IMG/VR virus record: IMGVR_UViG_3300009080_000001
Location: 1-64,000 of that record
DNA: 64,000 nt
Source: a virus
Strand: one strand, 5' to 3'
Position numbers and translations under genes: made by a program. Every line of letters starts with the position of its first letter. The stretch's first letter is position 1. This document shows positions 62,231 through 64,000 of the stretch, piece after piece. Below the pieces are notes generated by a model that did not search any database, was not told the origin of the DNA, and saw nothing but the letters and a program-made list of their open reading frames with translations.

Positions 62231-63760
62231 CTACTTTAACCCTCTTCCTCCGCCTGAACCACCTTCTCTTGTTGGAACCTGTTCTGGAGCTAGTTCTAAG
62301 TCTCCAATAGAGTCTAAACTTCTAACATCTTCTTGTCCTAATAGACCTTTTAGTTTTTGGAATCTAGAAAGGTTTTCTTGTGTTTGAGGTAACATTCCTG
62401 ATATCTCATTTGACAGTAAACCTTTAGTGCTATTATATGCTTCTTGTTGTTCTTGTTGACTTTGCATTTGGTCCCAAGCTTTCTTTGCTAGTATTTGTTG
62501 ATGATTTCTATCACTACTAAAATGTGTTTTACTACCAAATGGGTCCATATATTTTTTTTCTAATTCTAATAAAGCTTCTGGGTTTTGGAGATTAGCAATA
62601 TCAGCGTTGAATTTATCTCCTAAAGTTTTCCATCCTGATTTATGTATAGGAACTGAATACTTCCCTGCTCCTGCTCTAGAATCTGCGGCTTTCATTTCAG
62701 CTTTAATTCTACCTAGTAAAGCAGATTTAGCGTTATCGAAACTTCCTTGACTTCCACTTATAAGACTCTCGTAATCTTTATCCATAGTTTGGTTCTGAGC
62801 ATAGTCAGCTTCTAAACCTTTTAACTTACTATAATTATCTTCTAAATTAGCAAATTGATCTGATCCCATTTGATCAGTAGCAAGTCCTGTTACATAATCA
62901 CCAAATTGATCTCTTTCTCTTTGAAATTGTCCAACATTTGATGTAAATTGTTGACTCATATCAGATATATTTTTATCTAAAGCATTAGCTTCGTCTTGAA
63001 CACCTTGCGTTATTTGTTGTCTAGCTTGATCGTCACCTGAAGTAATTAATTGATCTAGACCACCCATACCTTGAGTATATGCACCTTGTTTACTAAATGT
63101 ATCTTGAAGAAGGTTTCTACGACCTTGTTCAGTTCCAGCTTGTCCAGCCATTTGCTGTAAAGCTCTTGCTTTTTGAGATTGTTCAGCTAAACTAACATTA
63201 CCAACATCTATCATTCCTTTTGGTCCTGCAGATAATTCTTGGAACCTAGAGGCTTGATCTTCTTGAGTAGGTTGAGGTGTTACTGGTGCTTCAGTAGCCG
63301 CTGGTTGTTGAGGTTGATTTGTCCCCATTACGTTTCCAACAATGTTCTCAGCTTCTTGTTTCTGACTAGCAAGTGATGCTTGGTTTGAGTCCAAAGCAGC
63401 CTTCATATCAGCTTGTTTCTTTTCTGCTTGTGCAGCAATATCAGATGCTTGTGATCCAACATTCTCTGTAACTGCTCCTGCCATCTTCTGTGCTTGAGGT
63501 TTGTTCTTTTGAACATACTTCTGGATATTTGTAAACATTCCAGAAGAGGCTGGTTTACTTGACTGTTGCGGCTGTTGAGCTGCTCCAGCTTGAGTTGATG
63601 ACATTCCGGCTTGTACTGTTGATGGTTGAGATGGTGCGGCTTGGGAAGCCTGAGAGTCCTGACCTTGAGGTTGTGCAGCAGGTTGCTGACCACCCGTAAG
63701 GGGAGTAGAAGAAACTACTTGATTTTGATCTGGTTTGTTGTTTGACGCATCGTATGCCAT
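62231..63760 (-). CDS. Virion-associated Gln-rich protein
   Basis: Preceded by late motif; heads the ejection cluster. Confidence 0.55.
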   Translation of the reverse strand: MAYDASNNKPDQNQVVSSTPLTGGQQPAAQPQGQDSQASQAAPSQPSTVQAGMSSTQAGAAQQPQQSSKPASSGMFTNIQKYVQKNKPQAQKMAGAVTENVGSQASDIAAQAEKKQADMKAALDSNQASLASQKQEAENIVGNVMGTNQPQQPAATEAPVTPQPTQEDQASRFQELSAGPKGMIDVGNVSLAEQSQKARALQQMAGQAGTEQGRRNLLQDTFSKQGAYTQGMGGLDQLITSGDDQARQQITQGVQDEANALDKNISDMSQQFTSNVGQFQRERDQFGDYVTGLATDQMGSDQFANLEDNYSKLKGLEADYAQNQTMDKDYESLISGSQGSFDNAKSALLGRIKAEMKAADSRAGAGKYSVPIHKSGWKTLGDKFNADIANLQNPEALLELEKKYMDPFGSKTHFSSDRNHQQILAKKAWDQMQSQQEQQEAYNSTKGLLSNEISGMLPQTQENLSRFQKLKGLLGQEDVRSLDSIGDLELAPEQVPTREGGSGGGRGLK

Positions 63761-63788
63761 AAATGTCCTGTTTTATTTATATCTCTAT

Positions 63789-63803
63789 ATATAGTTGTTA
63801 AAT
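63789..63803 (-). promoter_or_regulatory. Late promoter-like motif, copy 6
   Basis: Exact 15-mer 28 nt upstream of ATG. Confidence 0.75.
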
Positions 63804-64000
63804 TTATACGAAATTCGTACAATAAAATTAAAAAAATGAACAATTCTAGTATATTACAAGTGTTATTTGGAACTTATTATTAGCTGGAAGACCTGTAATA
63901 CTGTGTATTTTTATTAGATCTCCTCCAATTGGGCTAAAATTGACAAAGGGTTGTGAAGTTGGATAAATACTTGAATTCGTTAGATTATAAGCTCTTATTA

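Noticed and set aside
1-64000. tRNAs, CRISPR array, integrase, reverse transcriptase/DGR, stop-codon reassignment
   Set aside because: None recognised by eye; genes are intact under the standard code.
1-64000. Specific host assignment (e.g. Bdellovibrionota)
   Set aside because: Lipoproteins and sigma54-like motifs suggest a diderm host, but nothing in the window identifies the taxon.

Overview
AT-rich segment of a tailed dsDNA phage, probably a large podovirus-like phage of a Gram-negative host (inference). Minus-strand virion genes lie at both ends: tail-fibre-like protein, capsid, scaffold, portal, HNH and terminase at 1-11.3 kb, and ejection/internal proteins (one with a pesticin-like muramidase) at 55.3-63.8 kb. 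A long plus-strand early/middle region (11.7-55.3 kb) encodes a primase-helicase, family A DNA polymerase, ERF, PD-(D/E)XK nuclease, nucleotide enzymes, an rIIA-like GHKL ATPase, an AAA+/VWA-peptidase pair, two ClpP-like proteases and many small ORFs. Main observation: a ~25-aa module (V-[KN]-D-T-R-L-A-R-K-[ML]-[YF]-P-x(5-8)-[DE]G-x-L, here 'TRLARK box') occurs in about 28 proteins. It is conserved at the protein level, not the DNA level, and one copy is in-frame in the polymerase thumb. Four box-tagged small proteins carry recognisable fragments of the phage's own capsid or portal proteins, and a neighbouring untagged ORF resembles a truncated terminase ATPase. This suggests a possible 'bait + common tag' decoy/anti-defence system (hypothesis). 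Also seen: six identical late-promoter-like 15-mers, two convergent pairs of sigma54-like motifs, a palindromic early-promoter element, and two promoter-flanked structured ncRNA candidates. All family assignments are from motif recognition by eye; no searches were run.
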